Positions 1 through 9,421 of a stretch of 64,000 nt of DNA are shown here, one piece after another. The notes beneath the pieces were generated by a model that saw only the letters and a list, made by a program, of their open reading frames with translations, did not search any database and was not told the origin of the DNA. The DNA comes from Hyphomonadaceae bacterium. Lineage in GTDB: Bacteria; Pseudomonadota; Alphaproteobacteria; Caulobacterales; Aquidulcibacteraceae. The translations under genes were made by a program, and so were the position numbers. Where the stretch lies: assembly GCA_023384105.1 (NCBI GenBank), contig JAHDXR010000002.1, positions 296,989-360,988 on the forward strand. Direction: 5' to 3'. Each line of letters starts with the position of its first letter. The stretch's first letter is position 1.

Positions 1-306
1 GTCTGGGCGATCGCCGGCCAGAGCCAGGCGCTGGCCGCGCTCGGCGCGCTGCTGGTCGGCGTGATCGTGACGGGTCTCTTCGTCGCCATCTCGATGACCT
101 CGGGCGGCGGCGCCTGGGACAACGCCAAGAAGCTGATCGAAGAAGGCCATCACGGCGGCAAGGGCTCTGACGCCCACAAGGCCGCCGTCACCGGCGACAC
201 CGTCGGCGATCCCTACAAGGACACCGCCGGTCCGGCCGTGAACCCGATGATCAAGATCACCAACATCGTGGCGCTTCTGCTGCTCGCGGTGCTGGCGCAC
301 GGCTGA
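1..306 (+). CDS. hppA: H+-translocating pyrophosphatase, C-terminal part (5-prime end outside window)
   Basis: Frame 1 is open from the window start to TGA at 304-306. The tail [60 protein letters not shown] is the conserved C-terminus of membrane pyrophosphatases. Confidence 0.9.
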   Translation, partial: VWAIAGQSQALAALGALLVGVIVTGLFVAISMTSGGGAWDNAKKLIEEGHHGGKGSDAHKAAVTGDTVGDPYKDTAGPAVNPMIKITNIVALLLLAVLAHG

Positions 307-330
307 TAAAGCCGGCGAGATCGGCCGAAA

Positions 331-368
331 CGAAAACGCCCCGGCTTCCGGCCGGGGCGTTTTTTTGT
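331..368. terminator. Bidirectional rho-independent terminator between convergent hppA and bamE
   Basis: Stem GCCCCGGC (338-345) pairs with GCCGGGGC (351-358), extended by flanking A and T runs (aaaac...gttttttt). A U-run follows on either strand. Confidence 0.75.
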
Positions 369-385
369 TCGCGATCGGGTCGGTC

Positions 386-868
386 CTAGCGGCGCGGGCC
401 GCCTTGACGCTCTTCCTCGTTGCGGATCGGCGGCGTGCGGCCGACATTGCCGAGCAGCTGTTCGATCACGCCGAGTTCGCGGCCGCGCGTCGGCGTCTCT
501 TCGGTGTTGTAGGAAACGAGCCGGCCGCGCTCGATGCCGTATTTCTCGACCGCCGACACGGTCTCGCCGTCGAAGCGCACGACCATGACGCGGCGGTCGA
601 CGATGCGCGGGGTGTAGAACGCGACGCGCTCCTGCACGGCGCTCACATAGTACCACGCGGTCTGGTCGAAGATCGCCGTCGTGGAGGGCGAGCCGAAGCG
701 CTGCTGCACGGTGTCGCGGGTGTCGACGCCGATTTGCGGATCGGGGATTTCCTCGTTGTTGCGGTCCGGGCGAAAGCCGCTGTAAGTCTGCACCGGAGCG
801 CAGGCCGTAGTAGCGGCCGCAAGCGCGACAGCCGCCGCCGCCCCAATACGCAAGAGTCCGCGATTCAT
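386..868 (-). CDS. bamE: Outer membrane protein assembly factor BamE (SmpA/OmlA lipoprotein)
   Basis: Internal ATG at 868-866 gives MNRGLLRIGAAAAVALAAATTAC, a lipoprotein signal with lipobox. The body (FRPDRNNEEIPDPQIGVDTRDTVQQRFGSPS...WYYVS) is BamE-like. Confidence 0.8.
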   Translation of the reverse strand: MNRGLLRIGAAAAVALAAATTACAPVQTYSGFRPDRNNEEIPDPQIGVDTRDTVQQRFGSPSTTAIFDQTAWYYVSAVQERVAFYTPRIVDRRVMVVRFDGETVSAVEKYGIERGRLVSYNTEETPTRGRELGVIEQLLGNVGRTPPIRNEEERQGGPRR

Positions 869-957
869 GTTCACCTCGCGGGCGCGATCGCCCCAAAACA
901 GGGCCTCACGCGTAAGGCGGACCGCGCGGAGGGGCAAGAGGGGAGCACAGGTCAGGC

Positions 958-1482
958 ATGGCGATTTGGCCGTTTCGCCGCTCGCGTGCGGAAAGCGACG
1001 CAGCGCGGCTGCTCGGGGCCGTGACCGCCGCCAGCCGCAATCCTGCCTTGTTTGGCGCGGGCAGGGTCCACGACACGCTTGAGGGCCGGTTCGAGCTGAT
1101 GACGCTGCACGCCGCGCTGGCGCTCATGCGCCTGCAGCGGGAGCCGGCGCTCGAGCCGCTCGCGCAGGCCTTCACTGACCGGCTGTTCCGGCAGTTCGAT
1201 GCGGGGCTTCGGGAGGCGGGGGTGGGCGACACCTCCGTCCCCAAGCGCATGCGTCGCATGGCCGGGGACTTCTATGGGCGGCTCAGGGCCTATGCCGACG
1301 CCCTGTCCGAAACGGGCAATGGAGCGCTGGCGGACGCCTTGGCCCGTAATGTCCTGGGCGGCCACGCGCCGGACTTCGCGCGGGAACTCGCGAACTACGC
1401 CCGGACCGCGGCGGCGGCTCAGGCTGCGGCGCCAGTCGAAGCCTTGATGGGCGCGGATGGCTGGCCTCCGCTCGAAAGCTGA
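958..1482 (+). CDS. Ubiquinol-cytochrome c chaperone (Cbp3-like) family protein
   Basis: 174 aa ORF with the family motifs GRFELMTLHAALALMRL and FDAGLREAGVGDTSVPKRMRRMAGDFYGRLRAY. Confidence 0.7.
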   Translation: MAIWPFRRSRAESDAARLLGAVTAASRNPALFGAGRVHDTLEGRFELMTLHAALALMRLQREPALEPLAQAFTDRLFRQFDAGLREAGVGDTSVPKRMRRMAGDFYGRLRAYADALSETGNGALADALARNVLGGHAPDFARELANYARTAAAAQAAAPVEALMGADGWPPLES

Positions 1483-1491
1483 AGCCGTGGT

Positions 1492-1520
1492 TTGGCAATC
1501 CCTGCCGCTAAGACTATTGT
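1492..1520 (+). promoter_or_regulatory. Candidate sigma70-type promoter for plsX-fabH
   Basis: TTGGCA (1492-1497), a 17-nt spacer, then TATTGT (1515-1520), about 55 nt upstream of the plsX ATG. Pattern match only. Confidence 0.3.
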
Positions 1521-1574
1521 CCGCGCCGCACCGCCTGTCTGGCGTGTGTGGGACACTCAGGACAACCTCTATTC

Positions 1575-2633
1575 ATGCCCGATAGGCTCGTTCTCTCGAT
1601 CGACGGGATGGGAGGCGATCAGGCGCCCGACATCGTCGTGGAAGGTGTGGATGTCGCCGCGCGCCGCAACAGCGGCGAGGTGCGCTACCTGATCCACGGC
1701 GACGCCGAGCGGCTGGCCGCTCTGCTCGAGCGCCATCCCGACGCCAAGGCGGCCTCCCAGGTGGTCCCGGCGGAGAAGACGATCGGCATGGAGGTCAAGC
1801 CCAGCCAGGCGCTCCGCCAGGGCAAAGGCTCCAGCCTCTGGAGCGCCATCGCCGCGGTCGAGAACAAGGAGGCGCACGCAGTCGTCTCGGCCGGCAACAC
1901 CGGCGCGCTCATGGCGATCTCGATGTTCCGGCTGCGCATGATGGAGGGCGTGCACCGCCCCGCGCTCGCGGCGCGCTGGCCCGCGGCCAATGGCGGCTAT
2001 GTCGTGATCCTCGATGTCGGCGCCAATGTCGAAGCCGACGGCGAGCAGCTGGTCGAGTTCGCCATTATGGGCGAGGCGTTCCAGCGCGCGGTCTCAGGGA
2101 TCGAACGCCCGACGGTGGGGCTCCTCAATGTCGGCGCCGAGGATCAGAAGGGACACGAAGAGATTCGCACCGCCGCGCGTTTGATCCGGGAATCCGGCGT
2201 GGACATCAATTTCCATGGCTTCGTCGAGGGCGACGACATCTCCAAGGGCTCGGTCGACGTCGTGGTGACGGACGGCTTTACCGGCAACATCGCGCTGAAG
2301 ACCGGCGAAGGCACCGCGCGCCTGGTCGGCCAGCTGCTGCGCGAGGCGCTCACCAGCGGGCTGCTGGCCAAGCTCGGCGCGCTGATCGCCTATCCGGCTC
2401 TGAAGCGGCTGCGTTTGCGCATGGACCCCGGCGCTTTCAACGGCGCGCTTTTCCTTGGACTCAACGGCCTGGTGGTGAAGAGCCACGGCAGCGCCAATGG
2501 CAGCGGCTTCGCCGCTGCGATCGGCGTCGCCGAGAAATTGGCGCGCAGCCACTATCGCGAAGAAATCGCCCGCAATCTCGCGCGCCTCTCCGTCGCCGAA
2601 GCCCAGACCGAGTCGGCCAAGGAAGCGGGCTGA
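1575..2633 (+). CDS. plsX: Phosphate acyltransferase PlsX
   Basis: [18 protein letters not shown]...[12 protein letters not shown]...[10 protein letters not shown] are PlsX hallmarks. I chose the ATG at 1575; the ORF track starts at 1548. Confidence 0.92.
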   Translation: MPDRLVLSIDGMGGDQAPDIVVEGVDVAARRNSGEVRYLIHGDAERLAALLERHPDAKAASQVVPAEKTIGMEVKPSQALRQGKGSSLWSAIAAVENKEAHAVVSAGNTGALMAISMFRLRMMEGVHRPALAARWPAANGGYVVILDVGANVEADGEQLVEFAIMGEAFQRAVSGIERPTVGLLNVGAEDQKGHEEIRTAARLIRESGVDINFHGFVEGDDISKGSVDVVVTDGFTGNIALKTGEGTARLVGQLLREALTSGLLAKLGALIAYPALKRLRLRMDPGAFNGALFLGLNGLVVKSHGSANGSGFAAAIGVAEKLARSHYREEIARNLARLSVAEAQTESAKEAG

Positions 2634-3586
2634 TGCGTTCCGCGATCCTGGGCGTCGGCAGCTACCTGCCGCAGCGCGTGCTCACCAACGACGAGCTGGC
2701 GCGGCGCGTCGACACCAGCAACGACTGGATCGTCGAGCGCACCGGCATTCGCGAACGCCACATTGCGGCGGACGACGAGAGGACCTCCGATCTCGCCTGT
2801 CGCGCCGCCGTCGCCGCGCTCAAGGCGGCCGGCCGCGAAGCCAAGGACGTCGATCTCATCATCCTCGCGACGACGACGCCGGACCTGACGTTTCCCGCCA
2901 CCGCGGCTCGCGTGCAGGCCGAGCTGGGCGTCATCCAGGGCGCGGCGTTCGATCTTCAGGCGGTGTGCTCGGGGTTCGTGTTTGCGCTGGCGACGGCCGA
3001 CAATTTCCTGATCCGCGGCCAGGCCAAGACGGCGCTGGTGATCGGCGCGGAGACGTTCTCGCGCATCATGGACTGGGAGGACCGCGGCACCTGCGTGCTG
3101 TTCGGCGACGGGGCGGGCGCGGTCGTGCTGGAAGCCGGCGCCGGCGAGCGCGGCGTCATCTCGACCTTCCTGCGCACCGACGGACGCATGCACGACCTGC
3201 TCTATGTCGATGGCGGCGTTTCCGCGACCGGCACGATCGGCAAGGTGCGCATGGTCGGCAATGCGGTTTTCCGCCAGGCGGTGGAGCACATTTCCGGGGC
3301 CATGCTGGAAGCCTGCGCGCGGGCCGGCGTGGCGATCGACGAGGTCGACTGGTTCGTGCCGCACCAGGCCAACCAGCGCATTCTCGACGGCGTGGCGCGG
3401 CGGCTGAATATCGACGCGGGCAAGGTGGTCTCCACCGTGGCGCTGCATGGCAACACCTCCGCCGCCTCGGTGCCGCTGGCGCTGGACGTCGCCGTGCGCG
3501 ACGGGCGGATCAAGCCGGGCGATCTGGTGCTGATGGAGGCGCTGGGCGGGGGGCTGACCTGGGGCGCGGCCCTGGTCCGGATGTGA
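2633..3586 (+). CDS. fabH: Beta-ketoacyl-ACP synthase III
   Basis: 317 aa with the active-site context [15 protein letters not shown] and the motifs HQANQRI and [12 protein letters not shown]. Its start overlaps the plsX stop (TGATG). Confidence 0.95.
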   Translation: MRSAILGVGSYLPQRVLTNDELARRVDTSNDWIVERTGIRERHIAADDERTSDLACRAAVAALKAAGREAKDVDLIILATTTPDLTFPATAARVQAELGVIQGAAFDLQAVCSGFVFALATADNFLIRGQAKTALVIGAETFSRIMDWEDRGTCVLFGDGAGAVVLEAGAGERGVISTFLRTDGRMHDLLYVDGGVSATGTIGKVRMVGNAVFRQAVEHISGAMLEACARAGVAIDEVDWFVPHQANQRILDGVARRLNIDAGKVVSTVALHGNTSAASVPLALDVAVRDGRIKPGDLVLMEALGGGLTWGAALVRM

Positions 3587-3601
3587 CCGCGGCGGCAGGA
3601 T

Positions 3602-3630
3602 TTGACCTAAGCTACCGGGACGATTAGCTT
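3602..3630 (+). promoter_or_regulatory. Candidate sigma70-type promoter for ihfA
   Basis: TTGACC (3602-3607), a 17-nt spacer, then TAGCTT (3625-3630), about 40 nt upstream of the GTG start. Pattern match only. Confidence 0.3.
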
Positions 3631-3669
3631 TTCCGGGCGCGCCAGGAGCGCGAAGCGGAGGGGGCTCCG

Positions 3670-3984
3670 GTGTCAGGCAAGACCGTCACGCGCGCCGATC
3701 TCGTCGAAGCGCTCGCACGCCGTACCGACATGCAGCGCGCCGACGCCAACCGGCTGCTCACGCGCATGCTCGAACTGATGCAGGACGCCCTGGTCGAAGG
3801 CGAAACCGTGAAGCTCTCGCGCTTCGGCAATTTCAACGTCCGCGCCAAGCGCCAGCGCATCGGCCGCAACCCCAAGACCGGCGAGGAAGTGCCGATCACG
3901 CCGCGCCGCGTGGTGACCTTCCGTCCCTCGCAGATGCTGCGCGACTTCGTGGAGAAAAGCGGCAAGGGCCGGGCTAAAAGCTGA
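3670..3984 (+). CDS. ihfA: Integration host factor subunit alpha
   Basis: SGKTVTRADLVEAL...VKLSRFGNFNVRAKRQRIGRNPKTGEEVPITPRRVVTFRPSQ is a canonical IHF/HU fold sequence. GTG start preceded by GGAGGGGG. Confidence 0.93.
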   Translation: MSGKTVTRADLVEALARRTDMQRADANRLLTRMLELMQDALVEGETVKLSRFGNFNVRAKRQRIGRNPKTGEEVPITPRRVVTFRPSQMLRDFVEKSGKGRAKS

Positions 3985-4005
3985 GTTCAAAGTCTGGAGG
4001 GCGAA

Positions 4006-4467
4006 ATGAAAGCGAAGTTCGTTTTCGGAGCAGCTCTGCTGGCGCTTGGCGCCTGCGCGACGACGGCGCGGGAAACCCCCGCTGATTTCGATCCCGCCGC
4101 CTGCTACGAGCGTTCGTTCGACATCTATTTCGAGCGTTTCGAGGATCAGCTCAACGCGCCCGCGCGTCAGGCGATCGATACCGTTCAGGAACAGCTGCGC
4201 GGCTGCCGCATCGACAGCGTCCGCGTGCTCGGGCTCGCCGGCGCCGCAGGCGAGACGCAGGCGAATCTCGACCTCTCGGCGCGGCGCGCCGTCAACATCG
4301 CCGACTATATGGAGCGCCGGCACGGCTGGTCGCGGCGCAATTTCCAGACGCTGGCGGCTGGCGAAGCGGGCGCCGTCACCGCCGACGGCCTGGACGAACC
4401 CATGCGTCGCGTCGCGCGCATCGCGGTGCATGCAAGCGATCCCAACACGCCGGCGCCTGCGAATTAG
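4006..4467 (+). CDS. Putative OmpA-like lipoprotein
   Basis: Signal peptide plus lipobox (MKAKFVFGAALLALGAC). The C-terminal part carries an OmpA-like signature (NLDLSARRAVNIADYM...RRVARI). RBS GGAGGG lies upstream. Confidence 0.5.
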   Translation: MKAKFVFGAALLALGACATTARETPADFDPAACYERSFDIYFERFEDQLNAPARQAIDTVQEQLRGCRIDSVRVLGLAGAAGETQANLDLSARRAVNIADYMERRHGWSRRNFQTLAAGEAGAVTADGLDEPMRRVARIAVHASDPNTPAPAN

Positions 4468-4500
4468 AGCCTTGTGCATACAATCGACGGCGGTTGCCTT

Positions 4501-4538
4501 CGTCATTCCGGTTCGCGCTTGGCGGGCCCGGAATGACG
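4501..4538. repeat. REP-like palindromic element (arms CGTCATTCCGG / CCGGAATGACG)
   Basis: Perfect 11-bp inverted arms at 4501-4511 and 4528-4538. The same arm sequence recurs at 18875-18986. Confidence 0.8.
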
Positions 4539-4717
4539 AGATCGACCGCAGCCGATTAAACACACAATGCTTTAGGGCCGCGGTGCGAACTCGAAGCGGG
4601 CGAAATGCGCCTGATTGCCTGTCGCTGCGGATTCCGAACGGGCATTCGCGCGCTCCGGAAAGAGGGTTGGCTTCGCCACCGCCAGCTTTCTGCGCTCAGC
4701 TCCCGCGAACAACACGG

Positions 4718-6154
4718 CTAGGACGATGCGTGATAACCTAATATGGTTCTTGTAGTCAGGAATTCCTCCAAACCATATACGCCCCATTCGCGACCGTAAC
4801 CCGACATTTTGAAGCCGCCGATCGGAGCGGAAAGATCGTGCGGGGGGTCGTTGATGAAGATCGAGCCCACGCGCAGGTGCTTTGCGATTTCGATGGCCAA
4901 GTTTCGATCCGCAGCGTGGACGTAGGCGGCGAGTCCATATTGTGAATCGTTGGCGATGAAGATTGCGTCATCGATTGAGCTATAGCCGATGATGCAAAGC
5001 ACGGGTCCGAATATCTCATCGCGTGCGATGGCCATGTCGTTCGTTACGTCATAGAATATGGTCGGGCGTATGTAATAGCCGCGCGTGATGCCTTCCGGCA
5101 GGCCAGAACCTCCGCAAGCGAGCTTGGCGCCCTCTTCGACGCCTTTGGCGATAAGACGTTGGATGTTCTCCCATTGTCGTTTCGAGACGACGGGACCCAT
5201 CTGCGTATCCGTTGCGTCGGTGGCGCCGAGGCGGATTGCAGATGCGACGCTCGCGGCGACCGAAGCGGCCTCTTCAACACGGGCTTGCGGCACAAGCAAC
5301 CGCGACGGCGCCATGCAGTTCTGACCGGCGTTCATCATCATGGCGTGTGTGCTGGCGACAATGTTCTGCTCGAAGAGAACGTCATCGACGGTAATGTTCG
5401 CCGACTTGCCGCCAAGCTCAAGCGAGGGGCGGGTGACGTTTTTGGCGGCCGCTTGAGCGACGGCGATCCCGGCGCGGGTCGATCCTGTGAACGACACCGC
5501 ATCTATGTCCGCGTGACTGCTGAGCAGATCGCCTGTTTGCGGGCCGTCGCCATTGATCAGGTTGAACACGCCGGGAGGGACGCCGGCTTCGTGCATCACT
5601 TCAGCAAGCATGTAGGTCGATGTCGGCGACATTTCGCTGGGCTTCAACACCATAGCGCAACCCGCAGCGAGGGCGGGAGCGACCTTGCTCATGACTTGAT
5701 GAACGGGGAAATTCCAAGGCGTGATGAAGGCGCACACGCCAATGGGATCTTTGTAAATGCGCGCGCCGTCCTGGTCGTTCTCAAAGGAGAAGCTGTCGAG
5801 CTTCTCCAAGAGAATTTGCAGGTGCAGAACCGCAGTGAGCGCGTGGATATCGCGTGCGAGCGTAATTGGCGCGCCCATTTCGGAGGAAATCGCCTGAGCG
5901 AATTCTTCATAACGCGCTTGGTAACATTCTAGGATTCGGCGTAGCAGCGCCTTGCGCTCCGAAAGCGGCGTTGCGGCGAATGCGGGGAACGCGCGCCGCG
6001 CCGCTGCGACGGCTCGATCGACGTCGCTCTTGCCTGCAATCGAGATTGTGGCGATGATTTCTTCGGTGGCCGGATTTATGACCTCGCGATCCCAGGGAAA
6101 AGCTGGAGGCGTCCAGACGCCGTTGATGTAGAAGCTGCGCAGGTCTTTGACTAT
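4718..6154 (-). CDS. NAD(P)-dependent aldehyde dehydrogenase family protein, full-length frame without a canonical start codon
   Basis: The ORF track gives 4718-5878 with ALDH motifs (FTGSTRAG, ELGGKS, catalytic Cys context NAGQNCMAPSR). The same frame stays open for 92 more codons up to a TGA at 6172-6170. Those codons encode a typical ALDH N-terminus (IVKDLRSFYINGVWTPP...EVINPATEEIIATISIAGKSDVDRAVAAARRAF). This stretch contains no ATG, GTG or TTG; ATA at 6154-6152 sits where the start is expected. Confidence 0.75.
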   Translation of the reverse strand: MVKDLRSFYINGVWTPPAFPWDREVINPATEEIIATISIAGKSDVDRAVAAARRAFPAFAATPLSERKALLRRILECYQARYEEFAQAISSEMGAPITLARDIHALTAVLHLQILLEKLDSFSFENDQDGARIYKDPIGVCAFITPWNFPVHQVMSKVAPALAAGCAMVLKPSEMSPTSTYMLAEVMHEAGVPPGVFNLINGDGPQTGDLLSSHADIDAVSFTGSTRAGIAVAQAAAKNVTRPSLELGGKSANITVDDVLFEQNIVASTHAMMMNAGQNCMAPSRLLVPQARVEEAASVAASVASAIRLGATDATDTQMGPVVSKRQWENIQRLIAKGVEEGAKLACGGSGLPEGITRGYYIRPTIFYDVTNDMAIARDEIFGPVLCIIGYSSIDDAIFIANDSQYGLAAYVHAADRNLAIEIAKHLRVGSIFINDPPHDLSAPIGGFKMSGYGREWGVYGLEEFLTTRTILGYHASS

Positions 6155-6169
6155 CGATCGTTCCGATCC

Positions 6170-7363
6170 TCACGAGGGTGTTTCAAGCAAGCGCCGAGCG
6201 AGCGCGGCCCAATAGCGTGCGCCCAGAACGAGAATGTCATCGTTGAAGTCGTAATGGGGACTGTGCAGCTCGCATGGCGGCGTGGCGGGACCGTTGCCGG
6301 CGCCGATCAGCATGTAGTTGCCGGGCAACGCGCGTAGAAAGTAGGCGAAGTCCTCCGAGCCCATGGCGGGGTTCGTTTGTGCGAGCACATTATCAACGCC
6401 CGCCGCCTCCTTCGCGGCGGAGATCGCGATAGCTGTTTCCGCCGCGTGATTCACGAGCGGCGGATAGAGCGATTTGTAAATGCAGTTGGCGGTTGCTCTG
6501 CCGGCGGCGGCGACAGCGGCGGCTATTTCCGGAATTCGCGCGGCGATATGCGCGCCAACCGCGGTATCGAAGTATCGAAGGCAGCCTTCAATAAGGGCCG
6601 TAGACGGATAGGCGTTGATGGCGTCGCCGGCGTGAAACTTGGTGACGCCGAGCGCAAGCGGCTTTGTAGCCTCTACTTCTCGGCTTGCGAGATTCTGCAA
6701 CGCCAGAACGATGTTGGCCGCGGCGACAATAGGGTCGACGCCCTGTTCTGGAAAAGCCGCATGGCAACCCTTTCCCCGCACCTCAATGTGAAACGAGTCG
6801 AAAGCGGCCAACAATGCGCCCTCGCGCGTGGCGAATTGCCTGGCGGCCAGGCCAGGATGGTTATGCAGCCCGAAAATGGCGCGCATCGGAAACCGCTCAA
6901 GCAGGCCATCGTCGATCATCGCCTGTGCGCCGGCTTCGCCTTCCTCGGCGGGTTGAAAGATAAAGTGCAGCACGCCGCGCGGGGGCGGATTTTGTGCGAG
7001 ATGGCGTGCTGCGCCGAGCAGCATGGCGGTGTGCCCGTCGTGTCCGCACGCGTGCATGACGCCATCGTGAACGGATTGGTAGGAGAGGCCGGTAGTCTCT
7101 TGTATGGGAAGCGCGTCCATATCGGCGCGCAGTCCATAGGATAGGCCGTCGCCGCAATGAAGCACGCCGACAACGCCGGTGCCGGCGATGCCTTCATGCA
7201 CATCAAGGCCGCTGGCGCGCAGCTCCGCGGCGACTAGGGACGCGGTGCGATGCTCCTGAAACGCCGTTTCTGGATATTGGGCGCCAGGTAAGCTCCGCCT
7301 CGAACCCCAAATATTCGGATGTGTCGGCGTTCGTGGAGATCGGGGCCACTGCGCCGGGCGCAT
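6170..7363 (-). CDS. M20 family amidohydrolase (hippurate hydrolase / N-acyl-amino-acid amidohydrolase type), N-terminus remodelled
   Basis: M20D-like motifs are present: MHACGHDGHTAMLLGAA, FIFQPAEEGEAGA and GSEDFAYF. Family similarity starts only at YPETAFQEHRTA (about 7276). The first 29 or so codons overlap the receptor gene in another frame. Confidence 0.75.
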   Translation of the reverse strand: MRPAQWPRSPRTPTHPNIWGSRRSLPGAQYPETAFQEHRTASLVAAELRASGLDVHEGIAGTGVVGVLHCGDGLSYGLRADMDALPIQETTGLSYQSVHDGVMHACGHDGHTAMLLGAARHLAQNPPPRGVLHFIFQPAEEGEAGAQAMIDDGLLERFPMRAIFGLHNHPGLAARQFATREGALLAAFDSFHIEVRGKGCHAAFPEQGVDPIVAAANIVLALQNLASREVEATKPLALGVTKFHAGDAINAYPSTALIEGCLRYFDTAVGAHIAARIPEIAAAVAAAGRATANCIYKSLYPPLVNHAAETAIAISAAKEAAGVDNVLAQTNPAMGSEDFAYFLRALPGNYMLIGAGNGPATPPCELHSPHYDFNDDILVLGARYWAALARRLLETPS

Positions 7364-9131
7364 CGGCGTTTACCTGTGGGTTCTCATACTCATAGCGGAA
7401 AATCGCGGCGTTTAAGACGACGCGGCCGTCGGCGAGCGTCGATTTCACGCCGACTTCGTAGGCGGTGATCTCCTCGGCTTCGAATTCGCTGAATTCGGCG
7501 TTGGAGAAGGCGAAGCCGCCATTGAAGCCGCCGCTCTTGAAGCCGCGTTCAACGTGGCCGTAGAACATGACGCTATCCCATGGACGCGCCGTGAAGCCGA
7601 CCTTCCAGGACAGATTGGAATCGCTGCGTGCGAGGTCTGCTGTCGCCAGATTGCCGAGCGGCGTCGGCAGCGTGGCGCGTGGACCGTACGGTTCGGCCAT
7701 GCCGGCGATTTGGAACGGCGTTGCGCCGACAAAGGTTTTTTCTTCTTCCGAATAGCGCAGACCGCCGATCAAGCTAAGCCACGGCGAAACCTCGTATTCG
7801 GCTTGACCGAAGGCGGCGTAAGCTTCGGTCTCCTGATCGTAGACGGTCGATACGATCAGCCCATAAGATGGGTTTTGATCGAGAAACGCCGTGTTCGTGA
7901 CGCCGAGATCGTCCTTCTGATAGTAGACGCCGACGACATAGCTCAGCGGCCCTGCACTGTTCGACGACAGCCGCGCTTCAAACGTATATTCCTGAATGAA
8001 ATTGTACCAGTTGATCTCAATGTCGCGGTAGGGCGACGCAATTGAGTCTTCCCGGTTGACGCGTTCGAACTCCATATAGGAGCCGACCGCGGTGAAAGTG
8101 GCGAATCCGAAGTCGTGCTCACCGCGAAGAATGGCGCCATAGCCCGAATTGTCGACGCGATTGGGCGCGTCGGAATTGGTTGTGAACGGGTCGTTGTCAG
8201 GCTCTGAGTAACCGGTCGTGTTGACGCAAGTCGGATCCGCCGCAGTGACCGTGCCATTGAGATAGGCGGCGCAAAGATAGCTGAGCGGCGAATTGTTGAT
8301 CGGGTCGGCTTGTATCGCGGCTGCGCCCGCCGGCGTCACAACGCCGATGTTCTCGAACGGCTGCAGCGTAGATCGGTCGCCGGAGCCGAACAGCATGAGG
8401 TTCACGGATGTCGCGGCAGAAGGGTCCCACTGGAATTGCAGACGGCCGGCGAAGCGATCCGGCTCGCCCATGGTGGAGCCGTCATAACGGTTTTCGGCGA
8501 CGCCTTCGGTGGCTTGCTGCGTCGCCCACGACAAACGGGCGGCCACGGTGTCGGACAGCGGGCCGCTGAGAAAGCCTTCGGTATCGAAGCGTCCGTAATT
8601 TGCGAACGTGATATTGGCGCCGGCGGAATTGTCCTGTGTTGGCGCGCGCGCGAATATGTTGACCGAGCCTCCCGTCGTGTTGCGCCCGAACAACGTCCCC
8701 TGCGGACCCTTGAGGATTTCCATGCGCTCGACGTCGAAGAGGGCGACAGATGTTTGTGTCGCTCGGCTTAGGTAGACTTCATTGAAATGAACGGCGACGG
8801 GCGAGTCTGTATTGCCTGAGAATTCGTTGATGCCGATGCCGCGAACGGCGAAGTAGGGCTGGTTGAATCCGGTCTGCACTTGTACCTGCGGCACCTGATA
8901 GGCGATGTCTGACGCCTCTGTGATCCGCAATTCGCGCAGCGTTTCAGCGCCGAAGGCGGACATGGTGATCGGAACGTCCTGGACCGATTGCGCGCGCTTT
9001 TGAGCGGTGACGACCAGTTCGTCGGACTCTTGGGCGTCGTCGTGGCCTGCACCGGCGCCTTGTGCGTGGGCCGCGCCGGTCCACAGGCCGAACAGAAGCG
9101 CAGCCGCTGAAATCGTATGCATTCGCCTCAT
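7203..9131 (-). pseudogene. TonB-dependent receptor, C-terminally truncated
   Basis: It has a signal peptide (MRRMHTISAAALLFGLWTGAAHA), a TonB box/plug (DELVVTAQKRAQSVQDVP...MEILKGPQGTLFGRNTTGGSVN) and barrel repeats up to GFEAELTWRP. It then ends in an Arg-rich non-barrel tail (ISRNGVSGASHRVPSRRGAARQRP) and lacks the terminal aromatic residue. Confidence 0.7.
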
Positions 9132-9421
9132 CAAGATGTTCCCGCGCAATGGCGCAGCGTGACCTCAGCCCGATGGGAAGAGCTGCGCTCAAAGGACGCT
9201 AGGGGGAGCGGCAGGCGAAATCTTAGGAGGCCGGCAGCAACCGTTAGGAAATCGGCACATTTTGCGGCGACAGGCGCGTTAGCGGGGGTGGCGTGGACGC
9301 CCCTGACGGTGGGGAAACGGCGGCGGAAATTGACAAACGTGCGAAACGGCATCTCCTTGAGACGCTTGGCGTGGCTACGTGCGTCGGCGGAGAGGCCCAT
9401 TTCTCGTTATGGTTGTGAACA

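Noticed and set aside
4560-4720. Direct repeat of the tRNA-Pro(GGG) 3-prime end that would mark the distal att site of the putative island.
   Set aside because: Only a 7-nt match (CGAACTC at 4586-4592) was found by eye, which is not significant. A proper alignment is needed, so the island boundary is left approximate.
4572-4787. 71-aa ORF on the minus strand spanning the ALDH 3-prime end and intergenic region, and other 60-90 aa ORFs in intergenic gaps (for example 9131-9400, 9244-9447, 31097-31328).
   Set aside because: They have no RBS, no family resemblance and a biased Arg/Ala/Pro composition. They overlap better-supported features or lie in repeat or promoter regions.
9132-9421. Possible cobalamin or other riboswitch, or Fur/Irr/RirA box, in the leader of the TonB-dependent receptor.
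   Set aside because: I read both strands. There is no B12-box-like core, no TTTAGAA-N3-TTCTAAA type iron control element and no convincing palindrome. Only generic GC-rich sequence with GGTGGGGAAACGG-like fragments, which are insufficient.
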